DNA of 40,756 nt from an uncultured bacterium (GCA_947169755.1 CAMVQX010000001.1:1-40756), one strand, 5' to 3'. Counted from the first letter of the stretch, positions 28,258 to 36,110 are shown. Numbers and translations: made by a program. The notes: generated by a model not told the origin, from the letters alone.

Positions 28258-29205
28258 TTATTTAAACTTTCTTCCTTTTAACCAGCCAATAGACAAATAA
28301 TATTCCAAATCTTCTTTTTTAATCTTTTTGTTTTCTTTATCGTTGTATATCCAGCATGTGTTATATTGAGAATTTTTTTCTCCTTTTTGATATTGTAATT
28401 TTTTATGAGCTTCGTGTATTTTAATGTTTTTAATTTCTTTTTCTTTATACGTTTTTCCTATTTTATAACCGTTATCTAAATATATTTGCAAGTCTTTTTC
28501 ATATATCCTTATACATTCATTCTCATTGCAAACCCATCTACTTTTTCGTTCAATATTTTTTAAGCTTTCACGAATATGTAATTTATGTTCATCTGTAAAT
28601 ACATGTTTTGATTTAAATACTGGTTTTAATTCTCCGCTTTTTATTCTTTCATCATTTTTGTCCACCCAATACTTTTTATTATTTTTGTCTGAACATAATC
28701 TTTTATTTTTATAAATAGAAAACAATTCTCCACTTTTTATTCTTTTGTCATCAGTATCAACAAAAAATCTGTTTCCGTTTATGTCCTGCATCAAACATTT
28801 ATTTGTCGTAACAGGAAAATATTCTCCATTTAAATATTTAGGATCGTTATCTGCACAACGAAAATAATTTCCATTTTTATCTTTAACAGAAACAGTATTC
28901 TTTGTTCCTTCGTAACTATATTTACCACCAGTCGCAATATTATAACAATTTACATCATGAACAAGTTCTTCTGTTACTATTTCTGATTCGTATTCAAATG
29001 CTTCTTTAGAAGTTAAAAAATATTTTAATATTTCTTTTGTAAAATTTTCAATTCCATATTTTTTATAAGCATAATGTAATTTAGTTCCAGAACCCATATA
29101 ACCATCTTCTAAATTATTGGTATTATGCACGCCATAATAAAAATGATTATTTATATTATTTGTTATTTTATAAAAATAATGATATTTATAAGTTTTGTTC
29201 GACAT
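28258..29205 (-). CDS. GIY-YIG (Seg-like) homing endonuclease
   Basis: YFYKITN...FYYGVH...DGYMGSG...YGIENF.KEIL; internal D.R..SGEL repeats; W.KGR tail. Confidence 0.85.
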   Translation of the reverse strand: MSNKTYKYHYFYKITNNINNHFYYGVHNTNNLEDGYMGSGTKLHYAYKKYGIENFTKEILKYFLTSKEAFEYESEIVTEELVHDVNCYNIATGGKYSYEGTKNTVSVKDKNGNYFRCADNDPKYLNGEYFPVTTNKCLMQDINGNRFFVDTDDKRIKSGELFSIYKNKRLCSDKNNKKYWVDKNDERIKSGELKPVFKSKHVFTDEHKLHIRESLKNIERKSRWVCNENECIRIYEKDLQIYLDNGYKIGKTYKEKEIKNIKIHEAHKKLQYQKGEKNSQYNTCWIYNDKENKKIKKEDLEYYLSIGWLKGRKFK

Positions 29206-29307
29206 ACTAAATAATTAATTATTTATTTATATATTCGAACTTTGTATAAATAACAAATATATAAAAACTATTATTGCAATTTTTGAAATATTTTTTGCAA
29301 ATTATTG

Positions 29308-29380
29308 TGCGTCCGGCAGGACTCGAACCCGCGTTAAACCGATTTAGAGGCGGCTGCCTAATCCACTCAGCCACAGACGC
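29308..29380 (-). tRNA. amber suppressor tRNA (anticodon CTA)
   Basis: GCGTCTG/CGGACGC acceptor, loop CT CTA AA, T-loop TTCGAGT. Confidence 0.85.
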
Positions 29381-29468
29381 AATTTGATGCTGTTGGTTAA
29401 GGTCAGCATCAAACCTTTGTGAATTTCATCTCACAAGTTGCAAATTTTTGAATAATTTTCCATCATTC

Positions 29469-30500
29469 TCAATTGCAACTGCGGTTATTTGATTTGCCAA
29501 GTCGGGTTCTCTTTTTTATTTTACCGTTTTTATCTTTTTCTAAAAATCGTCCTTTTTCCCAACCATTATTGTTATAATATTGAAGTTCTGCTTTGTTTAT
29601 AAGTTTATTTTCAAAATTTTTATGAATCCAAATTTTTCCGTAATTAGGATTTTTTTCACCGGAAATATCAGGCATGTGTTCTGATATTTTTTTCTTAGTT
29701 TCATCACTTAAAGTATGGCCACAACGATTTGGCTTTAATTCTCCTGAAATATACCTTGGATCATTTTTATAAACAGAATAAAATTTTCCATGTTTATCTT
29801 TTACTGTAATTCTTCCTTTTGTTGGATGAATATATTTTTCAGAATCATAATCTTCTTTTTTTATTCTTTTATATTTTCCGTCTTCTGTTTTTACGTTTAC
29901 AAAGCCTTTTTGTATTGGAACTAATTGTCCTGACAATACTCTTTCGTCGTAAATGGATACATTATATACACAGCCTGTATTGTCAACATACATACTTCTT
30001 TCTTTTTGAAATGAAACTAATTCTCCAGATAAATATCTTTCATCGTTTACAGGAACTCTATATGTTTTTCCTGATAAATCTTTAGTTAAAACAAAACCTT
30101 TTTGTATTGGAACTAATTCTCCAGATAAATATCTTTCATCTGTCATGTCAACCATAAAGGTATTATTGTCATTATCTTTAACAGAAATCTTGCCGTAGCA
30201 TGCACTTCCTCCAGCACCGCCAGTACAAATATTATAACACTCGTTTATATTAATTAAATCTTCTGTAACAACTTCTGCTTCATACTTGTATGCTTCGGCT
30301 GCTGTATTAAAATATTTAAGTATTTCTTTTACAAAATTTTCAATTCCGTATTTTTTATAAGCATAATGCAATCTTTTTCCAGATCCCATATAACCGTCGT
30401 TTATATCATCTGTGCTGTGTACTCCATAATAAAAATGGCCATTAATTGTATTTGTTATTTTATAAAAATAATGATACTTTGATATTTTATATTTATTCAT
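29469..30500 (-). CDS. GIY-YIG (Seg-like) homing endonuclease
   Basis: Same N-terminal domain as 28258-29205, ~25-aa DERYLSGELV repeats, NUMOD3-like LSDETKKKIS. Confidence 0.85.
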   Translation of the reverse strand: MNKYKISKYHYFYKITNTINGHFYYGVHSTDDINDGYMGSGKRLHYAYKKYGIENFVKEILKYFNTAAEAYKYEAEVVTEDLININECYNICTGGAGGSACYGKISVKDNDNNTFMVDMTDERYLSGELVPIQKGFVLTKDLSGKTYRVPVNDERYLSGELVSFQKERSMYVDNTGCVYNVSIYDERVLSGQLVPIQKGFVNVKTEDGKYKRIKKEDYDSEKYIHPTKGRITVKDKHGKFYSVYKNDPRYISGELKPNRCGHTLSDETKKKISEHMPDISGEKNPNYGKIWIHKNFENKLINKAELQYYNNNGWEKGRFLEKDKNGKIKKRTRLGKSNNRSCN

Positions 30501-30501
30501 A

Positions 30502-30550
30502 AAAATTGTGTACAAGTATTTTATTATATATTTAACTTGTACACAATTTT
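30502..30550 (-). promoter_or_regulatory. 16-bp inverted repeat over the translation start region, AATATATAA in its loop
   Basis: AAAATTGTGTACAAGT (30502-30517) / ACTTGTACACAATTTT (30535-30550) next to ATG 30500. Confidence 0.65.
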
Positions 30551-30556
30551 ATTCAT

Positions 30557-30865
30557 TTATTTTACTAAATTTAATTCACTAAACAAGTTTTTATGATTTA
30601 AAATAGCCAAAGAAGTAATTTTATTTAAATCAGACTCGATAAAATAAGAATAATCAATATTTAACTTGTCTAATTTATGCATCCAATATTCAACATCTGC
30701 ATACAAATATATTAAATATTCATTATTCCATTGATTTGGAAAATCTTTAATAAAATTCGCAATACAATGTCCTCCTTGAACGCACCCATAAACAGGATCT
30801 AGGGATTTGTCAATTAGAACGTATAATCTTCTTTCGTTCTACAAACCATCAGTCTTCTTTTCCAT
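30557..30865 (-). CDS. PTH2-like (peptidyl-tRNA hydrolase II fold) protein with in-frame TAG at codon 9
   Basis: MEKKTDGL*NERRLYVLIDKSLDPVYGCVQGGHCIANF...WNNEYLIYL...FIESDLNKITSLAI; no other start between the TAG and the conserved core. Confidence 0.65.
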
Positions 30866-31286
30866 ACTTTGCCTCCCACTCATTGATTTGATTGATTACT
30901 GCGCGAGCAGTATCTTCAATTTGGTGCCACCAATTTGTGTTGTACTCTTCGGAAAGAATCCAACATTTTTCTCCGCAACAGCGAATTACTGCATTTTTGT
31001 ACGTCTCTTCGTCAAATAAAACTTTAACAGGATTTCCTTTCCAGTCTTTTCTGACAACTGAGTCAACAAAAACGGGAAGCTCAATGCGATGTTTGCAAAT
31101 ATAATAAGCAATATATTTTATACAAAGCGGATAAGACGTATGTCTCAACTGTTCTGCAGCGTCATAACTGCTCATTTTGCGTTCACCGACTAATTTAACG
31201 GTTTTTCTTTGATTTTTGAGAAATCTCTGTTTCTCTGCATCTTGTTTGATTTCTTGTTTAATTTTTGATATAATGTTTTTTTCCAT
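30849..31286 (-). CDS. hypothetical protein, coupled to the PTH2-like gene
   Basis: 145-aa ORF overlapping the PTH2-like start. Confidence 0.7.
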   Translation of the reverse strand: MEKNIISKIKQEIKQDAEKQRFLKNQRKTVKLVGERKMSSYDAAEQLRHTSYPLCIKYIAYYICKHRIELPVFVDSVVRKDWKGNPVKVLFDEETYKNAVIRCCGEKCWILSEEYNTNWWHQIEDTARAVINQINEWEAKYGKED

Positions 31287-31346
31287 AATTCTTAATTTTA
31301 TTTTTGTTTTTAATTTTTGTTAATAACTCCGATAAAATAAGAACTA

Positions 31347-31415
31347 TTAAGGAGGAACTTTTATATCAGCAATCTACAAGAATCCAGATGCAATCTACAT
31401 AAAATCTGTACCCAT
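31347..31415 (-). CDS. putative leader peptide with two in-frame TAG, ending Pro-Pro-stop
   Basis: MGTDFM*IASGFL*IADIKVPP-TAA, 60 nt upstream of the operon start. Confidence 0.5.
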
Positions 31416-31450
31416 AGTTTACTGTTATTTTAATTATTTATTTGAATTTG

Positions 31451-31524
31451 TACTCCCTCCGCGACTCGAACGCGGGACCTACGACTTAGAAGGACGTTGC
31501 TCTATCCAACTGAGCTAAGGGAGC
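31451..31524 (-). tRNA. tRNA-Arg(TCT)
   Basis: Cloverleaf, loop CT TCT AA. Confidence 0.92.
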
Positions 31525-31535
31525 ATATTAAAAAT

Positions 31536-31672
31536 TTGCGGAAAGTAAATACTCAATTGCTCTACCAGACTGAGCTACCTCCTCAATATTGTTTTTTTTT
31601 TTGAATTGCGAGGAGGGCAGGATTCGAACCTGCGACACATTGACCCTCAAATTATAGGAACCTTCTTTGCAA
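31536..31672 (-). ncRNA. circularly permuted tRNA-like RNA (Leu-GAG loop) inside the terminal-stem motif
   Basis: 3' half (31650-31609) precedes 5' half (31584-31553); GAGGAGG/CCTCCTC acceptor, ATTGA/TCAAT anticodon stem. Confidence 0.85.
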
Positions 31673-31676
31673 ATCG

Positions 31677-31750
31677 TGCCGGTGGGTGGATTCGAACCAC
31701 CGTCTCCTCCTTATGAGAGAGGCGCAAGTAACCACCTCCGCTACACCGAC
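31677..31750 (-). tRNA. tRNA-Met/Ile2(CAT)
   Basis: Cloverleaf, loop CT CAT AA. Confidence 0.85.
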
Positions 31751-31931
31751 AAAAAGCAGGTTTGCCAATAGGTTGTCTCTACCTGCAAATACGACCACAG
31801 CATTTCGTATCTTTTCAGGATATTGCTGCCTCCTCCTTGAATGTTACCACCAAGGTTTATCACCTTAATCCTACTGACTTGGTTACAGAATTACAGAAAA
31901 CAAGAAACGTTTGCCGTTCCAAGCGGGATAG

Positions 31932-32020
31932 CGGAGAGTAGAGGATTCGAACCTCTGGCCCGCATTAACGCGAGCAACTGCTTAGCAGGCAGCCCCGTTA
32001 GACCACTCCGGCAACTCTCC
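31932..32020 (-). tRNA. tRNA-Ser(GCT)
   Basis: Long variable arm, G73, loop CT GCT AA. Confidence 0.93.
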
Positions 32021-32094
32021 GAATTGCAAAAAAACCCATAAATTCTTGTTTATAGGACTTTTGATTTCCTTCCCTATTGAGGGATGAACTTTGA

Positions 32095-32152
32095 CCTTCT
32101 CAACGGGATTCGAACCCGCCATCTCTCTACCGTTTGTTTTGTTATTGAGAAG
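32095..32152 (-). ncRNA. armless tRNA-like element (acceptor and T arm only)
   Basis: CTTCTCA/TGAGAAG plus GCGGG-TTCGAAT-CCCGT; 26-nt unpaired linker. Confidence 0.5.
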
Positions 32153-32247
32153 ATTCGATAGCAAACAGGTATTTAGTGAAATTGAATTACTCGAGTTTTT
32201 GACATCAATTTTATTATTAAATATTGTCTGTTTGTTGACTATCATTG

Positions 32248-32331
32248 TAGCCCGGGTGGGACTTGAACCCACACTCCCTTGCGGGAACTTGATTTTGAGT
32301 CAAGCGCGTCTACCAATTCCGCCACCGGGCC
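32248..32331 (-). tRNA. tRNA-Leu(CAA)
   Basis: Long variable arm, loop CT CAA AA. Confidence 0.93.
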
Positions 32332-32342
32332 ATTAAATTTTG

Positions 32343-32415
32343 CGGGAGCAGTAGGGATCGAACCTACGACCATCACCTTAACAGGGTGCCGCTCTACCGG
32401 CTGAGCTATACTCCC
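32343..32415 (-). tRNA. tRNA-Asn(GTT)
   Basis: Loop CT GTT AA, G73. Confidence 0.92.
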
Positions 32416-32572
32416 AAATTATCAAATAATTATAAAGGCTGTATCATTTTGCAAATACAATTTAATGGCGAAGGACTTCTGCTTTATTTCATACAGTTGT
32501 TTGTTTGTCGCAACCTCACTTTCCTCACCAACCTTTATTGCCGATTGCACCTGAACATTTATTATTTGATTG

Positions 32573-32645
32573 AGCCAGAGGAGGGACTCGAACCCACGAC
32601 CGTCGGGTTACAAAACCGAAGCTCTACCAACTGAGCTACTCTGGC
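32573..32645 (-). tRNA. tRNA-Thr(TGT)
   Basis: Loop TT TGT AA. Confidence 0.9.
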
Positions 32646-32651
32646 AAAATT

Positions 32652-32713
32652 ACGGCGAAAAGTAAGGAAATTGTAATAGGCAATTTTTTTGAAATAGGAA
32701 CTTTTTCTGCCGT
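32652..32713 (-). ncRNA. terminal-stem RNA motif copy
   Basis: ACGGC-AGAAAAAGT-TCCTAT...T-ACTTTTC-GCCGT. Confidence 0.65.
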
Positions 32714-32716
32714 TAG

Positions 32717-32793
32717 TTGGGGCGGAGGGGCTTGAACCCACGTGCAACCAACTACCCTTTCGACTGTTTATAAGACAGAGGGGATACGCCCCA
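32717..32793 (-). tRNA. non-canonical (rewired) tRNA-like gene, anticodon TAT
   Basis: TGGGGCG/CGCCCCA acceptor; CTGT-CTTATAA-ACAG arm directly after TA-TCCCC; D-loop-like TAGTTGG lies 3' of the anticodon arm. Confidence 0.65.
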
Positions 32794-32816
32794 ATGTTTC
32801 ATAACTTTTGTTTTTG

Positions 32817-32908
32817 CGGAGGCAGAGGGACTCGAACCCTCACCCCGGTTTAACCCGAGTACTAACGGTTTTCAAGACCGTCCCCTTGCCAATTAGGGTT
32901 ATGCCTCC
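32817..32908 (-). tRNA. tRNA-Ser(TGA)
   Basis: Long variable arm, G73, loop CT TGA AA. Confidence 0.92.
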
Positions 32909-33690
32909 ATTTTTCTGTTATCAACTCGTCCCATACTCCATCCATCACTTAAATACTTCTCAATTTCTTCTTTTTTAACTTTTTTTGTTATATTATTTTT
33001 ATACATCCATTTTGTTCCAAATTGAGAATTTTTTTCTCCTTTTTGATGTTCTTTTTCAGCAAAAATCTTTTTTAGATTATTTTTACTTTCATCAGACCAT
33101 TTTGTTCCAGTATACAGTGGAATCAATTCACCTGATAAATACCTTGGATCGTTTACATCAACAGTATAAACTTTTCCGTTTTTGTCTTTCGTATGAAGCA
33201 TACCTTTCATATTTGAAACAAGTTCACCTGTTTTATATCTGTCGTCTGTGACTTCAACAGAATAAATTTTTCCATTTTTATCTTTTGTTGTAACTTTTCC
33301 TTTTGTTACACCTACAAATTCATGATTTAAATATCTGGGGTCATTCACAGAACAACAAAAAATATTGTTATTATTATCTTTTACTACACAAACTTCTTGT
33401 AAAAAAGTTTCTTTTCCACCTTTTTTAATATTATAACAATCTTTGTCTTCAATACATATTTCATTTACAACTTCAGCTTCATAATCAAATGCTTCTTTTG
33501 TAGTATCAAAGAACTTTAATATTTCTTTTGTAAAATTTTCTATACCATATTTTTTATAAGCTCTTTGTAGTCTTGTTCCAGATCCCATATAACCATCATT
33601 TAAATTAGAAGTATTATGAACTCCATAATAAAAATGACCGTTAATCTTGTTTGTTATTTTATAAAAATAATGATACTTTTTATTTGACAT
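32899..33690 (-). CDS. GIY-YIG (Seg-like) homing endonuclease
   Basis: Same family as 28258 and 29469; stop codon lies inside tRNA-Ser. Confidence 0.85.
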   Translation of the reverse strand: MSNKKYHYFYKITNKINGHFYYGVHNTSNLNDGYMGSGTRLQRAYKKYGIENFTKEILKFFDTTKEAFDYEAEVVNEICIEDKDCYNIKKGGKETFLQEVCVVKDNNNNIFCCSVNDPRYLNHEFVGVTKGKVTTKDKNGKIYSVEVTDDRYKTGELVSNMKGMLHTKDKNGKVYTVDVNDPRYLSGELIPLYTGTKWSDESKNNLKKIFAEKEHQKGEKNSQFGTKWMYKNNITKKVKKEEIEKYLSDGWSMGRVDNRKMEA

Positions 33691-33750
33691 ATATAACTGT
33701 TATTTAAATTATATATTCAAACAAAAAATAAAAAATGTTTGAATTAAAAT

Positions 33751-33810
33751 AATAGCGGAAAGTAAAAAACTGTAATCCAAATACTTTAAATAGGAACTTT
33801 CTATGCTATT
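33751..33810 (-). ncRNA. terminal-stem RNA motif copy
   Basis: AATAGC-ATA-GAAAGT-TCCTAT...T-ACTTTC-C-GCTATT. Confidence 0.65.
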
Positions 33811-33812
33811 CG

Positions 33813-33886
33813 TGGACCGCCTCGGACTCGAACCGAGAAAATGACGCCGTGCAAGGGCATTCCTGTACCATTGAAGGCAGCGGCCC
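33813..33886 (-). tRNA. tRNA-Ala(TGC)
   Basis: G3:U70, A73, loop CT TGC AC. Confidence 0.88.
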
Positions 33887-34361
33887 GTACTGTATATTAT
33901 TTATATTATAAAATAATAAATTGTTTCAAAAAAATATTGCAAAAACAGCAGAAAAGTTGTTCAGTGTAAAGCCCTAAACCTTATAACAACTTGCGGCAGA
34001 CTGACTGCTTGGAGCTTTTTGACCAGGATTCCTTATCGCAAAGGACCATCTCTGTTCTTTGTCGCTGCCGTTTACTGCAACATTTAATGAGTTTTTACTT
34101 GTCTATTCGTTTCAAACACAAACAAAAAAATAGATGAACTCATCAAAAAATCAAATTTTGTTTGCATTCCAACGTCAATACAATTTAATCTACTCTCCAT
34201 TGTACCGTCATTGTAAACTTGCCTTGTAACAAATTAACTTTGCTTGAGCGTTAAGTAGAATTATCAGGCTGAAAATACCTGACCCTATCCCAAGTCGGGT
34301 GATTTGAGACCCGTTTGAAAGGCGAACTTGCGCCAAAGTGTAATTCGCAAGTTGCTTTTTG

Positions 34362-34435
34362 TCGGTACGGGTGGACTTGAACCACCGACCTACGCCTTAT
34401 CAGAGCGTTGCTCTAACCAACTGAGCTACGTACCG
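34362..34435 (-). tRNA. tRNA-Ile(GAT)
   Basis: Loop CT GAT AA. Confidence 0.93.
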
Positions 34436-34553
34436 AAATTTTGGTTTTTTCCTTTTGTCCTTCTTGCAAGGTTGTTTAACGCGCGCTCCTCAAGATTGGT
34501 TACCGTACAAGGTTGGAAATTACCTTCTAAATCAATCCCTACGGCTTTTCACG

Positions 34554-34639
34554 TGCTCCTGGATGGACTCGAACCATCGTCTCAATGCCTTGTAGTATAC
34601 TTTAGGTCTTACTCTACTCTACCCCTGAGTTACAGAAAC
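34554..34639 (-). ncRNA. tRNA-like RNA with aberrant anticodon region
   Basis: Intact acceptor, D and T arms; no canonical 5-bp/7-nt anticodon arm. Confidence 0.55.
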
Positions 34640-34646
34640 GTATATG

Positions 34647-34807
34647 TGGTGCTTCATCCTGGACTCGAACCAGGGTTGCCAATATAAACATATTGACAAA
34701 GGTATCTCCGGCGCCGTCCTGCTTGTGTTTTCCAATACCCCTTGTGGCTTTCGATTTACGGCGTGTATCTTGGACCTGCGTGTTCTTCCTAACTGAACTA
34801 ATGAAGC
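34647..34807 (-). ncRNA. tRNA-like RNA with ~105-nt structured region replacing the anticodon/variable arms; encoded CCA
   Basis: GCTTCAT/ATGAAGC-ACCA, GTTC/GAAC D stem, CCTGG-TTCGAGT-CCAGG. Confidence 0.7.
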
Positions 34808-34908
34808 AAATTAAACGAATTTTCCAGAAGATGCCCTAGTAGCGGGAGTCAAACCCGTCTCTGGAATTGCGACCGATTGCCTACATCAGACACCTGTAAA
34901 TCCGTTTG

Positions 34909-34983
34909 TGGTCCCTGCTGGGCTTGAACCAGCGACCCTCGGTTTATGAGACCGACGCTCTAAACCAGCTGAGCTAAGGGACC
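34909..34983 (-). tRNA. tRNA-Ile2/Met(CAT)
   Basis: GGTCCCT/AGGGACC, loop CT CAT AA; acceptor resembles Ile2. Confidence 0.88.
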
Positions 34984-35648
34984 AAATATTTGTAAATATC
35001 AAATTTACTATTTCTTATATCATTTATTTCTTTTGCTTTTATTATGATTAAATTATTAACATTTTTCCATTTTGCAAAATCTCTTTCTCTAACTAAACCT
35101 TTAACTTCTATATAAGCATTATATTCTGAAAGATAAAAATCAGGAAAATATAAATGAATATCGTTATTCCACAAATACTTTATACCTACGGTTGGACGAC
35201 TCCATTTTATGTTGTTGCTATCAAGATATTTTGCAACCTCAAGTTCCCATTTTCCATCAAGTTTTATTCCGTTGTATGTATAATTTTTAACTCTTCCATT
35301 TACATTGCAAGATGAATACGACTCTGGATGAGTTTGTATTGCTTTTCTTATACCTTTTGAAATATTATCTTTATGTTCTTGTGAAAGTTTTTTTCCTTTC
35401 CAAATATTGGAAAGTTTTTCTAACGTTTTTTCTTCTATTTGTGGTTTTGGTAATCCCAATCTTTTAGCTTTAGTATATTGATTTTCTCCTTTTATTCCTT
35501 CATTTTTTCTTTTTTCATTATATGCAATAAATCCACTCTTTGTAATTTGTCTGTTTGGATTTTGTTTACATAATCTTTCGTGATTTCTTAAAGAATTTGC
35601 ATTTTTGCATTCTTTACCACAATATTTACATTTTAATATCTCTTGCAC
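34974..35648 (-). CDS. zinc-finger/NUMOD3 + PD-(D/E)XK endonuclease
   Basis: CKYCGKEC...HERLC; LSQEHKDNIS; YFPDFYL...YIEVKG; stop codon inside the tRNA. Confidence 0.85.
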   Translation of the reverse strand: MQEILKCKYCGKECKNANSLRNHERLCKQNPNRQITKSGFIAYNEKRKNEGIKGENQYTKAKRLGLPKPQIEEKTLEKLSNIWKGKKLSQEHKDNISKGIRKAIQTHPESYSSCNVNGRVKNYTYNGIKLDGKWELEVAKYLDSNNIKWSRPTVGIKYLWNNDIHLYFPDFYLSEYNAYIEVKGLVRERDFAKWKNVNNLIIIKAKEINDIRNSKFDIYKYLVP

Positions 35649-35782
35649 TGACCTCTTTATTTTATATATTTAGGTTTTTTGCAAAATTGCGACTAAATAG
35701 AAATTTCTTTCACATTAGTCAAAATTCAGGTTTCCATCCACTTACCAAAGGATGGAACTTAGCTTTTCGGGACCTAAATTTG

Positions 35783-35855
35783 TAGCCCGTCCGGGACTCG
35801 AACCCGGGACTCCACCGTGAAAGGGTGGCGACTTGAACCACTTGTCGAACGGGCC
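35783..35855 (-). tRNA. tRNA-Glu(TTC)
   Basis: Loop CT TTC AC. Confidence 0.92.
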
Positions 35856-35866
35856 ATTTTTTGAAA

Positions 35867-36103
35867 AAAATACTTGTGTGCTATTACGCTAAAGACCACT
35901 TTCATTGCAAACCTAAAGTTACATATCGCGTTGACCTGCTCTCGTCGACTCTCACAGGATTACTCAACAATATGTTAGTGTCACGTTTTACGTTTACTCA
36001 ACTTTGTGTACCAACACATTTTCTACCAATTTGTATAAAGGTGGTACTGTTGAATGTCACTCTTTAAAGGATGGCTGCTTCCAAGCCTACCTGCAAGTAT
36101 TTT
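35867..36103 (-). ncRNA. 23S rRNA H42-44 (L11/GTPase-associated centre) mimic with internal insert
   Basis: CTTGCAGGTAGGCTTGGAAGCAGCCATCCTTTAAAGAGTG-[~170 nt]-CGTAATAGCACACAAG, closed by AAAATACTTG/CAAGTATTTT. Confidence 0.8.
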
Positions 36104-36110
36104 GATTGTA

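Noticed and set aside
29260-29307. Theta (HDV-like) ribozyme 3' of the suppressor tRNA
   Set aside because: The trailer is AT-rich with no nested double-pseudoknot elements
29905-30140. Direct repeats inside the GIY-YIG gene as a mobile or regulatory repeat
   Set aside because: They encode the tandem DERYLSGELV protein repeats
34647-34807. tmRNA or group I intron
   Set aside because: Has a D stem, lacks G3:U70, and is too short; no recognisable tag ORF or group I core
35867-36103. True rRNA gene
   Set aside because: Only ~56 nt match, split by an insert, with no flanking rRNA sequence
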